Source of the DNA: Candidatus Saccharimonadota bacterium
Lineage (GTDB): Bacteria; Pseudomonadota; Gammaproteobacteria; Enterobacterales; Enterobacteriaceae
NCBI GenBank assembly: GCA_045690015.1
Contig: CP145877.1
Location: 120,001 to 152,000, forward strand
Length of the DNA stretch: 32,000 nt
Direction of reading: 5' to 3'
Shown: piece after piece, positions 10,266 to 21,267 of the stretch
Layout: every line of letters starts with the position of its first letter
Numbering within the stretch: position 1 is the stretch's first letter
The notes under the pieces: generated by a model
Told to the model about the DNA's origin: nothing
The model's input: the letters and a program-made list of their open reading frames with translations, nothing else
Database searches by the model: none
Position numbers and translations under genes: made by a program

Positions 10266-11030
10266 ATGGGTTTTCTTACTGGAAAGTACATATTAATCAC
10301 TGGAGTTGCTAATACCTATTCAATAGCTTACGGTATAGCAAGAGCTATGTGTCATCACGGTGCTAAATTAGCATTCACTTACCAAAATAAACGTTTAAAG
10401 GATAAAGTTCAATTACTTGCAGGAAAACTAGATTCGGAAATAGTTTTACCTTGTGATGTTAGTAACGATCAAAATATACAAAATATGTTTAATGATCTAG
10501 AAAAGATTTGGCCGAAATTTGATGGATTCGTCCACTCCATAGGATATGCACCCATAAATCAACTAAATGGTGATTATATTAATAATATAAATCGTGAAGA
10601 ATTCAACATTTCACATGAGATTACTTCTTATAGTTTTGTAGCTTTAGCAAAAGCATGTCGTAATATGCTAAATGTGAATGCTACACTTCTAACGTTATCT
10701 TTTTTAGGATCGCAAAGGACTATTTCTAATTATAATGTCATGGGTATTGCCAAAGCTTCATTAGAAGCTAATGTTCGTTATATGGCTAATAGTCTTGGTC
10801 CCCAAGAAATACGTGTAAATGCTATTTCTAGCGGTCCAATAAAAACTCTTGCAGCGTGTGGTATAAAAGATTTTAGAAAAATATTGTCATATATTCAAAA
10901 TAATTCTCCTCTGAGGCGTACTGTTACTATAGAAGAAGTTGGTAATGCAGCCTCTTTTCTTTGTTCAAATTTAGCTTCAGGAATAACTGGACAAGTAATT
11001 TATGTTGATGCTGGTTTTAACATTGTATAG
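10266..11030 (+). CDS. fabI: Enoyl-[acyl-carrier-protein] reductase (NADH)
   Basis: [57 protein letters not shown] and [15 protein letters not shown] align end to end with E. coli FabI. Confidence 0.95.
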   Translation: MGFLTGKYILITGVANTYSIAYGIARAMCHHGAKLAFTYQNKRLKDKVQLLAGKLDSEIVLPCDVSNDQNIQNMFNDLEKIWPKFDGFVHSIGYAPINQLNGDYINNINREEFNISHEITSYSFVALAKACRNMLNVNATLLTLSFLGSQRTISNYNVMGIAKASLEANVRYMANSLGPQEIRVNAISSGPIKTLAACGIKDFRKILSYIQNNSPLRRTVTIEEVGNAASFLCSNLASGITGQVIYVDAGFNIV

Positions 11031-11110
11031 TTAAAAATTTTTCTCAAAAATACCTCTTTCTCAAGATATTGAATCTAGATTTCTTTAACAAACAAAATCT
11101 TTTCTTTTTT

Positions 11111-13066
11111 ATGTTACATAATAGACAACTTAAAGAACAATCACAAAATTTATTAACTATTGAAGGAGTAGTAAAAAATCCTAAAAAAGGATTGGCTTGG
11201 TTAGAAACCAATACCAAACAAAAATATTTGATTTCTAATGCTGATATGAAAAGAGTTATGCATGGAGATCGTATTATGGCAATATTGCAAATTAATGAAA
11301 ATGAAGTAATAATAGCAAAACCAGAAAAATTATTAGAAGCTGGTCTTAAGCGTTTTATTGGACGCATTCAAAAAACCAATCTTAATTGGTCCATACTTCC
11401 ATGTTTTCATGTTATAAACAATCCTATTTTATGTCGTTCTGCTAATAATATAAAATATAATTTTCAAGTTGGAGATTGGGCGATAGCAGAAATGCATCAC
11501 CATCCATTAATAGATCTTAACTCTAAAGGGTTTTATGCAGAATTAATAGAATTCATAACATCTGCAACAGATAATTTAGCTCCTTGGTGGGTTACTTTGG
11601 TAAAATATGATCTTGAACGTAATCCTCCCGTAATGAATCATACTATTTCAGGTAATCTTGAAAATGACCAATTACATCGCAAAGATCTAACTAAATTGCC
11701 TTTTATCACGATTGATAATGATAGTACCGAAGATATGGATGATGCTTTGTATGCAGAAGAAATATCAAAAGATTTATTTCGTCTTACAATTGCTATTGCA
11801 GATCCGACAACATGGATTAGACAAAATAGTGAATTAGATCAATTAGCAGCTAATCGTTCTTTTAGTACTTACCTACCAAACTGTAATGTTCCAATGTTTC
11901 CTAGAAAATTCTCTGAAGATGTTTGTTCATTACGTCCTGGACTACGAAGGCCAGTTTTAATTTGTCAAATGATAATTAAAAGTGATGGTAGAATTATATT
12001 TTCTGAAATGAAATTTTTCTCTGCATGGATCATATCTAGAGCCAAACTTATATATAAGAAGGTTTCTGATTGGTTGGAAAATATAGGAAAATGGCAACCA
12101 GAAACTGAAACTATAGCATTTCAGCTAAGATTATTAAATCGCATTTATATAATACGTCATAATTGGAGGAAAAATCATGCTTTAGTTTTAAATAAAGAGC
12201 AACCACAATATCATTTTGTATTTAATGGAACCGCATGTATTTCAGATATAAAAGTTGAATTAAGACGTATTGGAAACTTTATCGTAGAAGAAATGATGAT
12301 AGCCGCAAATATTTGCGCAAGTCAACTACTGAGGGAAAAATTAGGTTTTGGAATATATAATATGCATATAGGATTTGATAATACTCATGTACAATTACTA
12401 GTTGACATACTAGCAAAATATGGATTAGATTTTAATCCCCGCTTTATTACTACTTTACAAGGATATAGTAAATTACATCGTGTAATAGATTCATTATGTA
12501 TTCCATATCTTAAGAAGATAATTAATCAATTCAATACTATTACGGAAATAACTACCCAACCACAACCTCATTTTGGATTAGGCTTGGAGTGCTATGCTAC
12601 CTGGACTTCACCTATTCGTAAGTATGGTGATCTAATTAATCATCGTCTTATAAAATCTATTTTAAGAGGAGAAATTTTATCTGCTCCTAGTCCTAGCATT
12701 GAAACCATTATTCTTATTATGAAAGAACGTCGTCGCTTGAATCGATTAGCACAACATGATATTAACAATTGGCTTTATTCCATTTTTCTCAAAAAATATC
12801 TTAATACTAAAAGAAAATTTACTGCTGAGATTCACCGTGTGATTAAAACTGGATTATATATCAAAATTATTGAGAATGGAGCAAGAGCATTTATTCCAGG
12901 AAGGTTTATTCATTCAAGACGTAATGAATTAATTTTCAATCAAGAAATAGGTACCGTTAAAATAAATAATCTACAAATTTTAACTCTTGGAGATCTCATA
13001 ACCGTTTATATTTATGATATCAATCAGGACACTCATCAGATTATTGCTTGTCCAATTTACTCTTGA
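11111..13066 (+). CDS. rnb: Exoribonuclease II (RNase II)
   Basis: MKRVMHGDRI, TIDNDSTEDMDDALY, IADPTTWI, HFGLGLECYATWTSPIRKYGDLINHR and a C-terminal S1-like domain align with E. coli RNase II. The track ORF starts at a TTG (11069). The ATG at 11111 (MLHNRQLKEQ vs E. coli ..LLAQLKQQ) fits the alignment better. The start is uncertain between 11069 and 11111. Confidence 0.9.
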   Translation: MLHNRQLKEQSQNLLTIEGVVKNPKKGLAWLETNTKQKYLISNADMKRVMHGDRIMAILQINENEVIIAKPEKLLEAGLKRFIGRIQKTNLNWSILPCFHVINNPILCRSANNIKYNFQVGDWAIAEMHHHPLIDLNSKGFYAELIEFITSATDNLAPWWVTLVKYDLERNPPVMNHTISGNLENDQLHRKDLTKLPFITIDNDSTEDMDDALYAEEISKDLFRLTIAIADPTTWIRQNSELDQLAANRSFSTYLPNCNVPMFPRKFSEDVCSLRPGLRRPVLICQMIIKSDGRIIFSEMKFFSAWIISRAKLIYKKVSDWLENIGKWQPETETIAFQLRLLNRIYIIRHNWRKNHALVLNKEQPQYHFVFNGTACISDIKVELRRIGNFIVEEMMIAANICASQLLREKLGFGIYNMHIGFDNTHVQLLVDILAKYGLDFNPRFITTLQGYSKLHRVIDSLCIPYLKKIINQFNTITEITTQPQPHFGLGLECYATWTSPIRKYGDLINHRLIKSILRGEILSAPSPSIETIILIMKERRRLNRLAQHDINNWLYSIFLKKYLNTKRKFTAEIHRVIKTGLYIKIIENGARAFIPGRFIHSRRNELIFNQEIGTVKINNLQILTLGDLITVYIYDINQDTHQIIACPIYS

Positions 13067-13077
13067 TTTCCTATAAA

Positions 13078-14469
13078 TCAAATCATATTTTCTGGCCGTA
13101 TTAACTTATCAAATTCTTCAGCATTTAGATATCCTAATTGAATAGCGGAATCTTTTAAAGTTAACTCTTCTTTATAAGCTTTTTTAGCTATCTTTGCACA
13201 TTTATCATAACCAATATGGGGAGTTAATGCTGTTACTAACATCAAACATTCATTTAACATGTTTTTTATTCTTTTATAATTAGGCTTAATACCGATTACA
13301 CAATTTTTATTAAAACTTGCTATACCATCGGATAATAACCTTACTGATTGCAAAAAATTGTACATTATCATAGGTCTGTATACATTTAGCTCAAAATTTC
13401 CTGATGCACCTCCTATATTTATAGCTACATCATTACCCATTATTTGACAACATAACATGGTTAGAGCTTCACATTGAGTAGGATTTATTTTACCTGGCAT
13501 TATAGAACTACCCGGTTCATTTTCTGGAATGAAAATTTCACCAATTCCACATCTAGGTCCTGATGCTAACCAACGTATATCATTAGCAATTTTCATTAAT
13601 GAAACCGCTAGTGCTTTTAAAGTACCATGGACATATACTAATGCATCACAAGTTGCTAAGGCTTCAAATTTATTTTTTGCAGTGATAAAAGGCTGATGAG
13701 TTACTTTGGCAATTTCTTGAGCTACAAGCTTTGCATAATTCGGATGAGTATTTAAACCAGTACCAACCGCTGTTCCACCCAAAGCCAGTTCATAAAGACT
13801 TGATAAACTTTGTTCAATATGTTGATAATTATGAGTGAGCATTGTAGTCCATCCAGAAATTTCTTGACCTAGTGTCAATGGAGTAGCATCTTGCAAATGA
13901 GTACGACCAACTTTTATTACATATTTATAATTCTCAGATTTTTCATTTAAAGTCTTAGATAATAACTTTAATTCGGGAAGTAAATTATTACGTATAGCTA
14001 TAACTGCAGCAATATGCATGGCTGTAGGAAAAACATCATTAGAACTTTGGCTTTTATTAACCTCATCATTAGCATGTACTAAACGTGTTATTCCACGTTT
14101 TCCCCCAAGAATTTCACTTGCACGATTAGCTAATACTTCATTCATATTCATATTTGTCTGAGTGCCAGATCCTGTTTGCCAAATTACTAAAGGAAATTCA
14201 TTTGTATGTTTATTTTCAATTACCTCATTAGCAGCCCTAATAATAGCATTTGCTAAATCCTGAGAAAGTAATCCTAATTCATTATTAATTTTTGCACTTA
14301 CTTTTTTAATTAATGCTAATGCATTAATTAATTCTAATGGGATTTTTTCATTAGAAATATGAAAATATTTTAACGAACGTTGTGTTTGAGCTCCCCATAA
14401 TTTATCATTAGGAACCTTAATACTACCTATTGAATCTTTTTCGCAACGTTCTTCAAATTTATTTTTCAT
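13078..14469 (-). CDS. fumC: Fumarate hydratase, class II
   Basis: [27 protein letters not shown], the signature [16 protein letters not shown], and [19 protein letters not shown] are colinear with E. coli FumC. A GAGGT SD lies 8 nt upstream of the ATG, inside the end of recB. Confidence 0.95.
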   Translation of the reverse strand: MKNKFEERCEKDSIGSIKVPNDKLWGAQTQRSLKYFHISNEKIPLELINALALIKKVSAKINNELGLLSQDLANAIIRAANEVIENKHTNEFPLVIWQTGSGTQTNMNMNEVLANRASEILGGKRGITRLVHANDEVNKSQSSNDVFPTAMHIAAVIAIRNNLLPELKLLSKTLNEKSENYKYVIKVGRTHLQDATPLTLGQEISGWTTMLTHNYQHIEQSLSSLYELALGGTAVGTGLNTHPNYAKLVAQEIAKVTHQPFITAKNKFEALATCDALVYVHGTLKALAVSLMKIANDIRWLASGPRCGIGEIFIPENEPGSSIMPGKINPTQCEALTMLCCQIMGNDVAINIGGASGNFELNVYRPMIMYNFLQSVRLLSDGIASFNKNCVIGIKPNYKRIKNMLNECLMLVTALTPHIGYDKCAKIAKKAYKEELTLKDSAIQLGYLNAEEFDKLIRPENMI

Positions 14470-17400
14470 CTTTCATTACCTCATTTTCTAAAACCATATC
14501 GTCTAAAGCTGTAATTATTTTTATATTAGGACGTATTTTCCAAATTCCCGACGATTTATCTGCATTAATGCCACGTAAAAAAAGAAAATATGCTCCACCA
14601 AAATTCAGATCATAATTATAATCGGATAAACAATGTTTTAGATAACGGTGAAATGCTAAAGTATATAAAATATATTGCAAATCATAACCATGAGACTGGA
14701 TAATTTTTTCTAAATAGTGAGAATCATATGCTAAATGGTTTTTACCTAACCAAATAGTTTTATAATCTACCAAATAATATTTATTTCTCCATTTAAATAT
14801 TAAATCAATACAGCCCTTTAAGAAATTATATCCAAATTTATTAAAACTAATACAATGATATTTATTATCAGTGTAATAAGGTTTTATAACTTCATATATA
14901 TTATTAGTATTTAAATAAGGATTTATGTTTAAATTAAACATCCATTGAGTATTCTTATGATGGTTTTCTATCTTACTTAAGCTTATGTTTTCTACATCGT
15001 CTATGTAAGCATGTAAAATATTATTAATCCAGTCCTTCAAAACCGGCATCCAAGCTAAATTGAATCCATATTTATTCATAAGTAGTTTTAAAAGATCATT
15101 TGGTATAGTTTTAGAAAAATCGAGCTTTTTCAATAAATCATGTAAAAAAATACTTGAGGTAATTCCAGTAGGAAAACTATGTGGAGACATAGGTAGAGTA
15201 GTATTACGATATTTATTATTAGTAAATGATTCTAGAAGATCAATATCTGGAAATAATTCCTCTATCCTTTGACTAGGATTATCACTATCTGATATAATAT
15301 TAGTATTACTCTCTGATAAATTATGATCCAAGTTAATTGATTTAATAAGATCAACTTTTTTTTCTATTGTTGGAACTGAAGATCTAGATCCAACCGTCAT
15401 TGTTTTCATATGTTCTTCATAATCTATATGTACTAATTCAATCTCTTCACTTTGCATTTTATTTAAAGTGTTAAATAATTCTGTGGCATTATGAGGTTTA
15501 CCTCTTTGTATTAAATAACCGATAGCACTAAGATGTAAATCATTTTTACCGGAGTTTTTTTTATTTCCTTTAATTAAAGGTGCAATACCTACACTACAGT
15601 GCCAAATCGATCTAGTCAAAGCTACATAGAGTATACGTAGATCCTCGGCAAGACGTTCTTCCTCTGCAAGTTTTTTACTTATATTTTCATAATGTAAATC
15701 AAGTATTTTACGTAATGTTATCCGATCATGATATAAATAATCGGTTACTTGCCTAAAACTTGAAATAAAAGGTAACCAAACTAATGGATATTGTAATCCT
15801 TTAGATTTATGAATAGAAACAATTTGTATAAGATTCTTATCATTTTCTAAGTTAAGTCGCTGATTTTCATTTTCAGTTTGGTGACTGGATTGAGTAATTT
15901 GTAGTTCTAACCATCGTATTAATGCATATTCATGATCTAATTGAAAAGAAGCTTTTTGTAACAATTCAATAAGATGTAAAATATCTATTAAACGTCTTTC
16001 TTCATGATTTTTTAATAATGTTTTATAAATTTGATTAGATATAATTAATTCATGCAACATTGGCATTACCCCAGATTTAAACCAAATCTTTCGATAATGA
16101 ATAAATTTTTGATAAAAATCATTACAATATTTTTGGTTATGTAGAATCTTCTCGATGGTTTTTGCATCAAATCCAAATATACTAGTAGCTAACGCAGTAC
16201 GTAACATTTGCGATTTATTAGTTATTAAAATAGCTTTTAGTAAACATAGAATTTCACTTGCTTCTTGCGTAGAATAAACACTATCAAAACTAGAATGATA
16301 AATAGATGCAAGATTTAAAGTCTTAAGTGCATCCTGCATAACTGTTGCTTCATGTTGGTTTCGTACTAATACAAAAATATCAGCAGGTGTGACTTGATGA
16401 ATATTGTTACCATTGATTAAATGTGCATGGTTATTTTTTCCTGCTACAATCCAGTTCTTTATCTGTGTAGCACAATAATGACCCATAAATTGTTGATATT
16501 CACTAAAATTTACAATTTCTCCGGGTTGTAAACAAAAACGCAATGCTACTTGTGGTTGGTTATTAATGTTGAAAAATAATTGTGAATTTTTAGATGCAGT
16601 TTTTACGGGAACAAACGGAATTTTACTAAATATAAATGGATTTTTATTGCAAGAAAAAAGTTTATTAATACTAGTAACCATATTAGGTGAAGAACGCCAA
16701 TTGGTATCTAACGTATAAAAATTATCAATAGTAGTTTTCGCATACATATAGCTAAAAATATCAGCCCCTCTAAAAGAATAAATAGCTTGTTTAGGATCTC
16801 CAATAAGAATAATAGCAGTATCAGAATGACCAATATATATTTTATTATAAATCCGATATTGTAGGGAATCGGTATCTTGAAATTCATCAATTAATGCTAT
16901 TGGATAACGACATCTAATTCGTTGAGCCAAATCAGGTCCTATAGATGGTTCGTATAAGGATTCATCTAAGAGATGAATTAAATCATCAAATCCTAATACA
17001 GTACGGTTTTTATTTCTTACAGCCGCATGAATTTCTAATAAAGCTTTAACAATTACCCATTCCCTTAATGAGGGAGGATTAGATAAAAATATTTCGAGCT
17101 TTTTAAAAATAGGAAGAGTGAATATCAATTCACTGTTGGGAAATTTTTTACTTAAGATAGTTTGTCTAAATTTTTCAAGTTCTTTAGGAAAATCATATGT
17201 ATATGTTTCTTGTTTTGACCAAACAGAAATTTTATTCATCCACTGTAATAGTAGTATATTAATATTGTAACGAATATTATCTACCATATTACCAGACCAT
17301 AAAATTATCGTTTTAATTTTTGAAGCTATTAAAGACCATTGTGCTTTAAATGATTTAATACGATTGATCAGGTTTTTATGGTGTTGTTCTATATTTAAAG

Positions 17401-18043
17401 CATCAAATGATGGATATTTCAATTCTGGTAATTCACCTTTTAACCAAGGCCATAAAGTTTCTAATAGAGAGTTAGGAGATGACCATTCTTGTAACAATAA
17501 TTTAGCTATATTAATTGGAATGTTAGAAAAATGACGTTTCCAAAAATCTACAATAATTTTATGATATAAAAAATGATCATCTTCTATAATTTGAGGTTTA
17601 AACATCATTCCACATTCAATCATATTGGTATATAACATTCTTTGACAAAAACTATGAATGGTAAAAATAGCCGCTGTATCTATATGAAGTTCAGCTGTTA
17701 ATAAAATAGTTGCTGCTTGCTTTAAATTATCAATTTGACTTAATAAAAGCATGAATTGTGGATTATCAGTCCTTCCCCTGAGACAAGCCATACGTAGTTC
17801 ATGAATATGACTATTAATTCGATTTTTTAATTCTAAAGTAGCAGCTTCAGTAAAAGTTACCACAAGTATTTGTTCTACTTTTAATGGAGGAGATTGTTTT
17901 TCAACATTGCGCAAACCTAATAAGAGACGTAGATAAAGTATACTAATAGTATGTGTTTTTCCTGTTCCTGCAGAAGCCTCAATGAGTATTGAACCCTGTA
18001 GAGGTATGGTTGTTGCTTTGATATTTTGAAGATGATTTTCCAT
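14459..18043 (-). CDS. recB: RecBCD enzyme subunit RecB (helicase/nuclease)
   Basis: [30 protein letters not shown] (motif I), LIDEFQDTD (II), [16 protein letters not shown] (III), [16 protein letters not shown] (V) and [10 protein letters not shown] (VI) are present. The C-terminal nuclease motif is [24 protein letters not shown]. All align with E. coli RecB. The product is 1194 aa. Confidence 0.95.
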   Translation of the reverse strand: MENHLQNIKATTIPLQGSILIEASAGTGKTHTISILYLRLLLGLRNVEKQSPPLKVEQILVVTFTEAATLELKNRINSHIHELRMACLRGRTDNPQFMLLLSQIDNLKQAATILLTAELHIDTAAIFTIHSFCQRMLYTNMIECGMMFKPQIIEDDHFLYHKIIVDFWKRHFSNIPINIAKLLLQEWSSPNSLLETLWPWLKGELPELKYPSFDALNIEQHHKNLINRIKSFKAQWSLIASKIKTIILWSGNMVDNIRYNINILLLQWMNKISVWSKQETYTYDFPKELEKFRQTILSKKFPNSELIFTLPIFKKLEIFLSNPPSLREWVIVKALLEIHAAVRNKNRTVLGFDDLIHLLDESLYEPSIGPDLAQRIRCRYPIALIDEFQDTDSLQYRIYNKIYIGHSDTAIILIGDPKQAIYSFRGADIFSYMYAKTTIDNFYTLDTNWRSSPNMVTSINKLFSCNKNPFIFSKIPFVPVKTASKNSQLFFNINNQPQVALRFCLQPGEIVNFSEYQQFMGHYCATQIKNWIVAGKNNHAHLINGNNIHQVTPADIFVLVRNQHEATVMQDALKTLNLASIYHSSFDSVYSTQEASEILCLLKAILITNKSQMLRTALATSIFGFDAKTIEKILHNQKYCNDFYQKFIHYRKIWFKSGVMPMLHELIISNQIYKTLLKNHEERRLIDILHLIELLQKASFQLDHEYALIRWLELQITQSSHQTENENQRLNLENDKNLIQIVSIHKSKGLQYPLVWLPFISSFRQVTDYLYHDRITLRKILDLHYENISKKLAEEERLAEDLRILYVALTRSIWHCSVGIAPLIKGNKKNSGKNDLHLSAIGYLIQRGKPHNATELFNTLNKMQSEEIELVHIDYEEHMKTMTVGSRSSVPTIEKKVDLIKSINLDHNLSESNTNIISDSDNPSQRIEELFPDIDLLESFTNNKYRNTTLPMSPHSFPTGITSSIFLHDLLKKLDFSKTIPNDLLKLLMNKYGFNLAWMPVLKDWINNILHAYIDDVENISLSKIENHHKNTQWMFNLNINPYLNTNNIYEVIKPYYTDNKYHCISFNKFGYNFLKGCIDLIFKWRNKYYLVDYKTIWLGKNHLAYDSHYLEKIIQSHGYDLQYILYTLAFHRYLKHCLSDYNYDLNFGGAYFLFLRGINADKSSGIWKIRPNIKIITALDDMVLENEVMKDEK

Positions 18044-18188
18044 TAATATTATTACTCTCTAAATTTAGATAGATTTTATATAAGGAAATATATATTTTTT
18101 ATTTAAAATACATAATAATATTTCATTAATGCTATTTAAATGAATAATAGTCAAAATTACTTTTTATTAATGGAGATAATATTAAATT

Positions 18189-18806
18189 ATGAGTTACTTA
18201 TTACCAATATTACCCTATTCTTATGATGCGTTAGAACCATATATAGATCAAGAAACTATGAAAATTCACTATACTAAACATCATCAAACTTACATTAATA
18301 ATGCTAATGTAATTTTAAAATCTTTACCTGATGAATACTCAAAAATTCCAGTAGATGAATTAATTATGCAATTAGAAAATGTACCAATAGACATCAGAAT
18401 GATTTTACGTAATAATGCTGGAGGACATGCAAATCACAGCATGTTTTGGAAAGGGCTAAAAAAAGGAACGATTTTACAGGGGCAATTGAAATGCGCTATA
18501 GAGAGACAATTTAATAACCTAGATAATTTTAAAAAACTATTTGAAACAGTTGGTGTCAATCATTTTGGATCCGGTTGGGTTTGGTTAATAAAACAAGGAA
18601 AACAATTAAAGATAGTAGCTACAGCTAATCAAGATAATCCGTTAATGGGTGAAAAGATGATTGGTATATTTGGATATCCAATTATTGGATTAGATCTATG
18701 GGAACACGCTTATTATTTGAAATATCAAAATAGACGTTTAGATTACATTAGAGCATTTTGGAATATAATTAATTGGGATGAAGCTACCGTTCGTTATTTA
18801 TCTTAA
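18189..18806 (+). CDS. sodA: Superoxide dismutase [Mn]
   Basis: [68 protein letters not shown] and [21 protein letters not shown] are near-identical in pattern to E. coli SodA. The metal ligands His/His/Asp/His are present. Confidence 0.96.
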   Translation: MSYLLPILPYSYDALEPYIDQETMKIHYTKHHQTYINNANVILKSLPDEYSKIPVDELIMQLENVPIDIRMILRNNAGGHANHSMFWKGLKKGTILQGQLKCAIERQFNNLDNFKKLFETVGVNHFGSGWVWLIKQGKQLKIVATANQDNPLMGEKMIGIFGYPIIGLDLWEHAYYLKYQNRRLDYIRAFWNIINWDEATVRYLS

Positions 18807-18850
18807 TTTAGATCCGATCTAAAATCTAAATCAAATACAAATTAAAATTT

Positions 18851-19858
18851 ATGAAAAAAATAGAAGATTTTTTCATCCAAGAACAAAAAAATTTTATTTT
18901 TCCAATAGAAGAACTAATAGATGTACTATCGGGTATTAAAAATAGTGCTAAAAATATCTATAGTTATCTTAGTCAAGGAAAATTATTTAATATTAGTCAA
19001 GTAACAAAAAGTAAAAATATTCATGGTGAAATTAAACTAAAATTAGATATTATTGCTAATAATATTATTCAATCCGCTATGAAACAACTACATAGTGGTT
19101 GTATAGCCGCAATTCTTACAGAAGAAAATGAAGACTTTATTGTCTTACATGAAATACCAAAAGGAAAATATATAATGATTATAGATCCTATAGATGGATC
19201 TTCTAATATAAAAAACAATATTTCTATAGGTACAATTTTTTCTATTTATCACCGTGTAAGTCCCATAGGAAATAGGATTACCAGCCATGATTTTTTACAA
19301 CCAGGTAAACAGCAAATAGCCGCAGGGTACATAATATATGGTTTTTCAATGCTATTAGTTCTTACTATTGGTTATGGAGTACATGTCTTTGTTTATAATC
19401 CATTAAATGATATCTGGTATTTAAATATAAAAAATCTCAAATATCCTAATATAGGTTATATCTACTCTATTAATTATGGAAATTATAGTAATTTTCCTTT
19501 GGGAGTGAAGAAATACATTCACTCTTGTCATGAAATAAATACAATACCAACTCAACGTCCTTATACTTTACGTTATACAGGTTCCCTGGTAGCTGATTTT
19601 CATCGTAATTTATTACAAGGTGGTATTTTTATATATCCAGAAAATTCTACACATCCACAAGGAAAACTACGATTATTATATGAATGTAATCCTATGGCTT
19701 TTATTGCAGAACAGGCTGGTGGAAAAGCTAGTAATGGAGTATCTCGCATACTAGAGATTAATCCGATTACACTACATCAATGTTGCCCCTTATTTATAGG
19801 AAATAATAAAATGGTTGATGATGTTGAAGCTTTTATAAAAAAATACTCCAATAAATAA
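18851..19858 (+). CDS. fbp: Fructose-1,6-bisphosphatase class 1
   Basis: DPIDGSSNI, GTIFSIY, QIAAGYIIYG, RYTGSLVADFHRNLLQGGIFIYP and GKLRLLYECNPMAFIAEQAGGKASNG are colinear with E. coli Fbp. Confidence 0.95.
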   Translation: MKKIEDFFIQEQKNFIFPIEELIDVLSGIKNSAKNIYSYLSQGKLFNISQVTKSKNIHGEIKLKLDIIANNIIQSAMKQLHSGCIAAILTEENEDFIVLHEIPKGKYIMIIDPIDGSSNIKNNISIGTIFSIYHRVSPIGNRITSHDFLQPGKQQIAAGYIIYGFSMLLVLTIGYGVHVFVYNPLNDIWYLNIKNLKYPNIGYIYSINYGNYSNFPLGVKKYIHSCHEINTIPTQRPYTLRYTGSLVADFHRNLLQGGIFIYPENSTHPQGKLRLLYECNPMAFIAEQAGGKASNGVSRILEINPITLHQCCPLFIGNNKMVDDVEAFIKKYSNK

Positions 19859-19908
19859 GGATAATTCTGAATGTATCGTAAGATTATTCATTAATATAAT
19901 TAATAATT

Positions 19909-20235
19909 CTAAAGACATTTTACTGGTTTAGGTATGCCAGCAATTTTTGCTGCTTGTTTTGCGGGACCTTTAGGAAATAATTTAAAAAGATAACGACTAT
20001 TTCCTTTTTCTATCCCATATTGTTTACTTATGGTTTTTACTAACATACGTACAGTGGGTACCATATTAAAATTTAAATAAAAAGTACGTACTAGAATTAT
20101 AATTTTCCAATGCTCTTCACTCAAATCTAGATTTTCTTCACGAGCTAATTTTTCAGCGATAAATTCGTTCCAATCGGAACTATTTATTAAAAATCCTTCA
20201 GAATCTCGATCAATATTTTCATATTTGATTGACAT
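19909..20235 (-). CDS. tusE: Sulfurtransferase TusE (DsrC family; s2U34 sulfur relay)
   Basis: The 108-aa product contains ...EGFLINSSDWNE...EHWKIIILVRTFYLNFNMVPTVRMLVK...KGNSRYLFKLFPKGPAKQAAKIAGIPKPVKCL. This matches E. coli TusE/YccK, including the C-terminal PKPxxC motif. Confidence 0.9.
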   Translation of the reverse strand: MSIKYENIDRDSEGFLINSSDWNEFIAEKLAREENLDLSEEHWKIIILVRTFYLNFNMVPTVRMLVKTISKQYGIEKGNSRYLFKLFPKGPAKQAAKIAGIPKPVKCL

Positions 20236-20333
20236 GCCTGATTCCTTAAAATCATTTCACAAGCGAAAAAGATTTTAAATAATATTATATTTACAAATTT
20301 ATTCCATATGTTATTTTTTATTATGTATTTTTT

Positions 20334-20421
20334 GGAGGAGTGGCCGAGTGGTTGAAGGCACCGGTCTTGAAAACCGGCAACGGGAAACTGTTCGAGAGTT
20401 CGAATCTCTCCTCCTCCGCCA
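20334..20421 (+). tRNA. serT: tRNA-Ser (anticodon UGA), 3' CCA encoded
   Basis: The sequence folds as GGAGGAG TG GCC GAGTGGTTGAA GGC A CCGGT CTTGAAA ACCGG [variable arm CAACGGGAAACTGTTC] GAGAG TTCGAAT CTCTC CTCCTCC G CCA. It is very close to E. coli serT. The track ORF 20340..20534 is an artefact across it. Confidence 0.92.
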
Positions 20422-20545
20422 TCTCTACTAAAATTAATTTCTTATTTATTGTATTAGATTTCTTTATTTTTTTTTTGAGATTTCATAGTTTTACTACTAT
20501 CCTTATACAAAAACATATTTCAAAATTTATATAAAGGAATCTTTT

Positions 20546-20854
20546 ATGTTACAAGACACTACTATTTTAAACTTGCGAAAAAATCTAAAAATTTTAGTAA
20601 ATTCTATTGAGGATATCTTAAATAATTGTACCGATAATAAAAATGCTTTAGATATTGATCATTTACGTCAGAAAACCAGGCATATATTAGATGAGGCTAG
20701 AAAATCGCTTGGTGATTCTAAAGAACATATCATGCAACAAACTCGTGAAATAGCAACTTTAGCGAATAATTATTTGCATGAAAAACCATGGGCAGGAGTA
20801 GGAATTGGTGCTACTCTAGGTCTAATGTTAGGTTTCCTATTGATGCGTCGTTAA
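20546..20854 (+). CDS. yqjD: ElaB/YqjD/YgaM-family (DUF883) C-tail-anchored ribosome-associated membrane protein
   Basis: The 102-aa product ends with ...ANNYLHEKPWAGVGIGATLGLMLGFLLMRR, compared with E. coli YqjD ...ADEYVRENPWTGVGIGAAIGVVLGVLLSRR. I assign it to the yqjD paralogue because yqjE and yqjK follow. An AAGGAA SD lies upstream. Confidence 0.85.
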   Translation: MLQDTTILNLRKNLKILVNSIEDILNNCTDNKNALDIDHLRQKTRHILDEARKSLGDSKEHIMQQTREIATLANNYLHEKPWAGVGIGATLGLMLGFLLMRR

Positions 20855-20858
20855 TTTT

Positions 20859-21251
20859 ATGAAAGAATATCGATCAATTAAGTGCAATGAAAATGGAATC
20901 CTCAATATTGGTAGTAGGGTTATTAGGACTCTCATTGACATAGTAAAAAATCATATATCTTTAATAATTACCGAATTAGATGAAGGTAAAGTGTATCTAT
21001 TACAAATATTAATGTTAATAGGATTAACCCTACTGTTAGTTACTTTTAGTTTAACTAGTTTATTATTGGTCATGATTTGGCTAATTAATCCTCAATATCG
21101 TCTAGTTGTAATGATTACTATTACTGGAATTTTATTTTTATTAGCATTAAGTTCAAGTATATGGACTTTATATAAAATAAAAAACCTTCAGTTATTTACC
21201 TCCACTTGTAAAATTTTAAAAAATGACAGTAAATTTTTTAAGAATGATTAG
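20859..21251 (+). CDS. yqjE: YqjE-family (DUF1469) inner-membrane protein
   Basis: LIITELDEGKVYLLQILMLIGLTLLL...MIWLINPQYRLVVMI...SSSIWTLYK aligns with E. coli YqjE (AVVELEEEKANLFQLLLMLGLTML...IIWAVDPQYRLNAMI...GGIWTLRK). Two TM helices are apparent. Confidence 0.85.
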   Translation: MKEYRSIKCNENGILNIGSRVIRTLIDIVKNHISLIITELDEGKVYLLQILMLIGLTLLLVTFSLTSLLLVMIWLINPQYRLVVMITITGILFLLALSSSIWTLYKIKNLQLFTSTCKILKNDSKFFKND

Positions 21252-21267
21252 ATAGGAATGAGATTAC

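Noticed and set aside
11044-11367. A 107-aa minus-strand ORF and the TTG-initiated 14-codon extension of rnb (11069-11110).
   Set aside because: The minus-strand ORF is antisense to the conserved rnb 5' region and has no homology. The rnb extension has no counterpart in E. coli RNase II, so the ATG at 11111 is preferred, though 11069 cannot be fully excluded.
18138-18157. A Fur-box-like AT-rich sequence (AAATGAATAATAGTCAAAAT) upstream of sodA, which is Fur-regulated in E. coli.
   Set aside because: It is only a partial match to GATAATGATAATCATTATC. In roughly 75% A+T DNA, such matches are expected by chance, and I cannot tell whether fur exists in this genome.
19715-19722. A Chi octamer GCTGGTGG on the + strand, potentially relevant because recB is present.
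   Set aside because: It lies inside fbp, where it encodes the conserved AEQAGGKAS peptide (GCT GGT GG). Coding constraint explains it. A single occurrence gives no evidence of Chi usage.
20340-20534. A 64-aa ORF (MAEWLKAPVLKTGNG...).
   Set aside because: Its first third is simply the translation of tRNA-Ser(UGA). The rest is AT-rich spacer, so it is not a gene.
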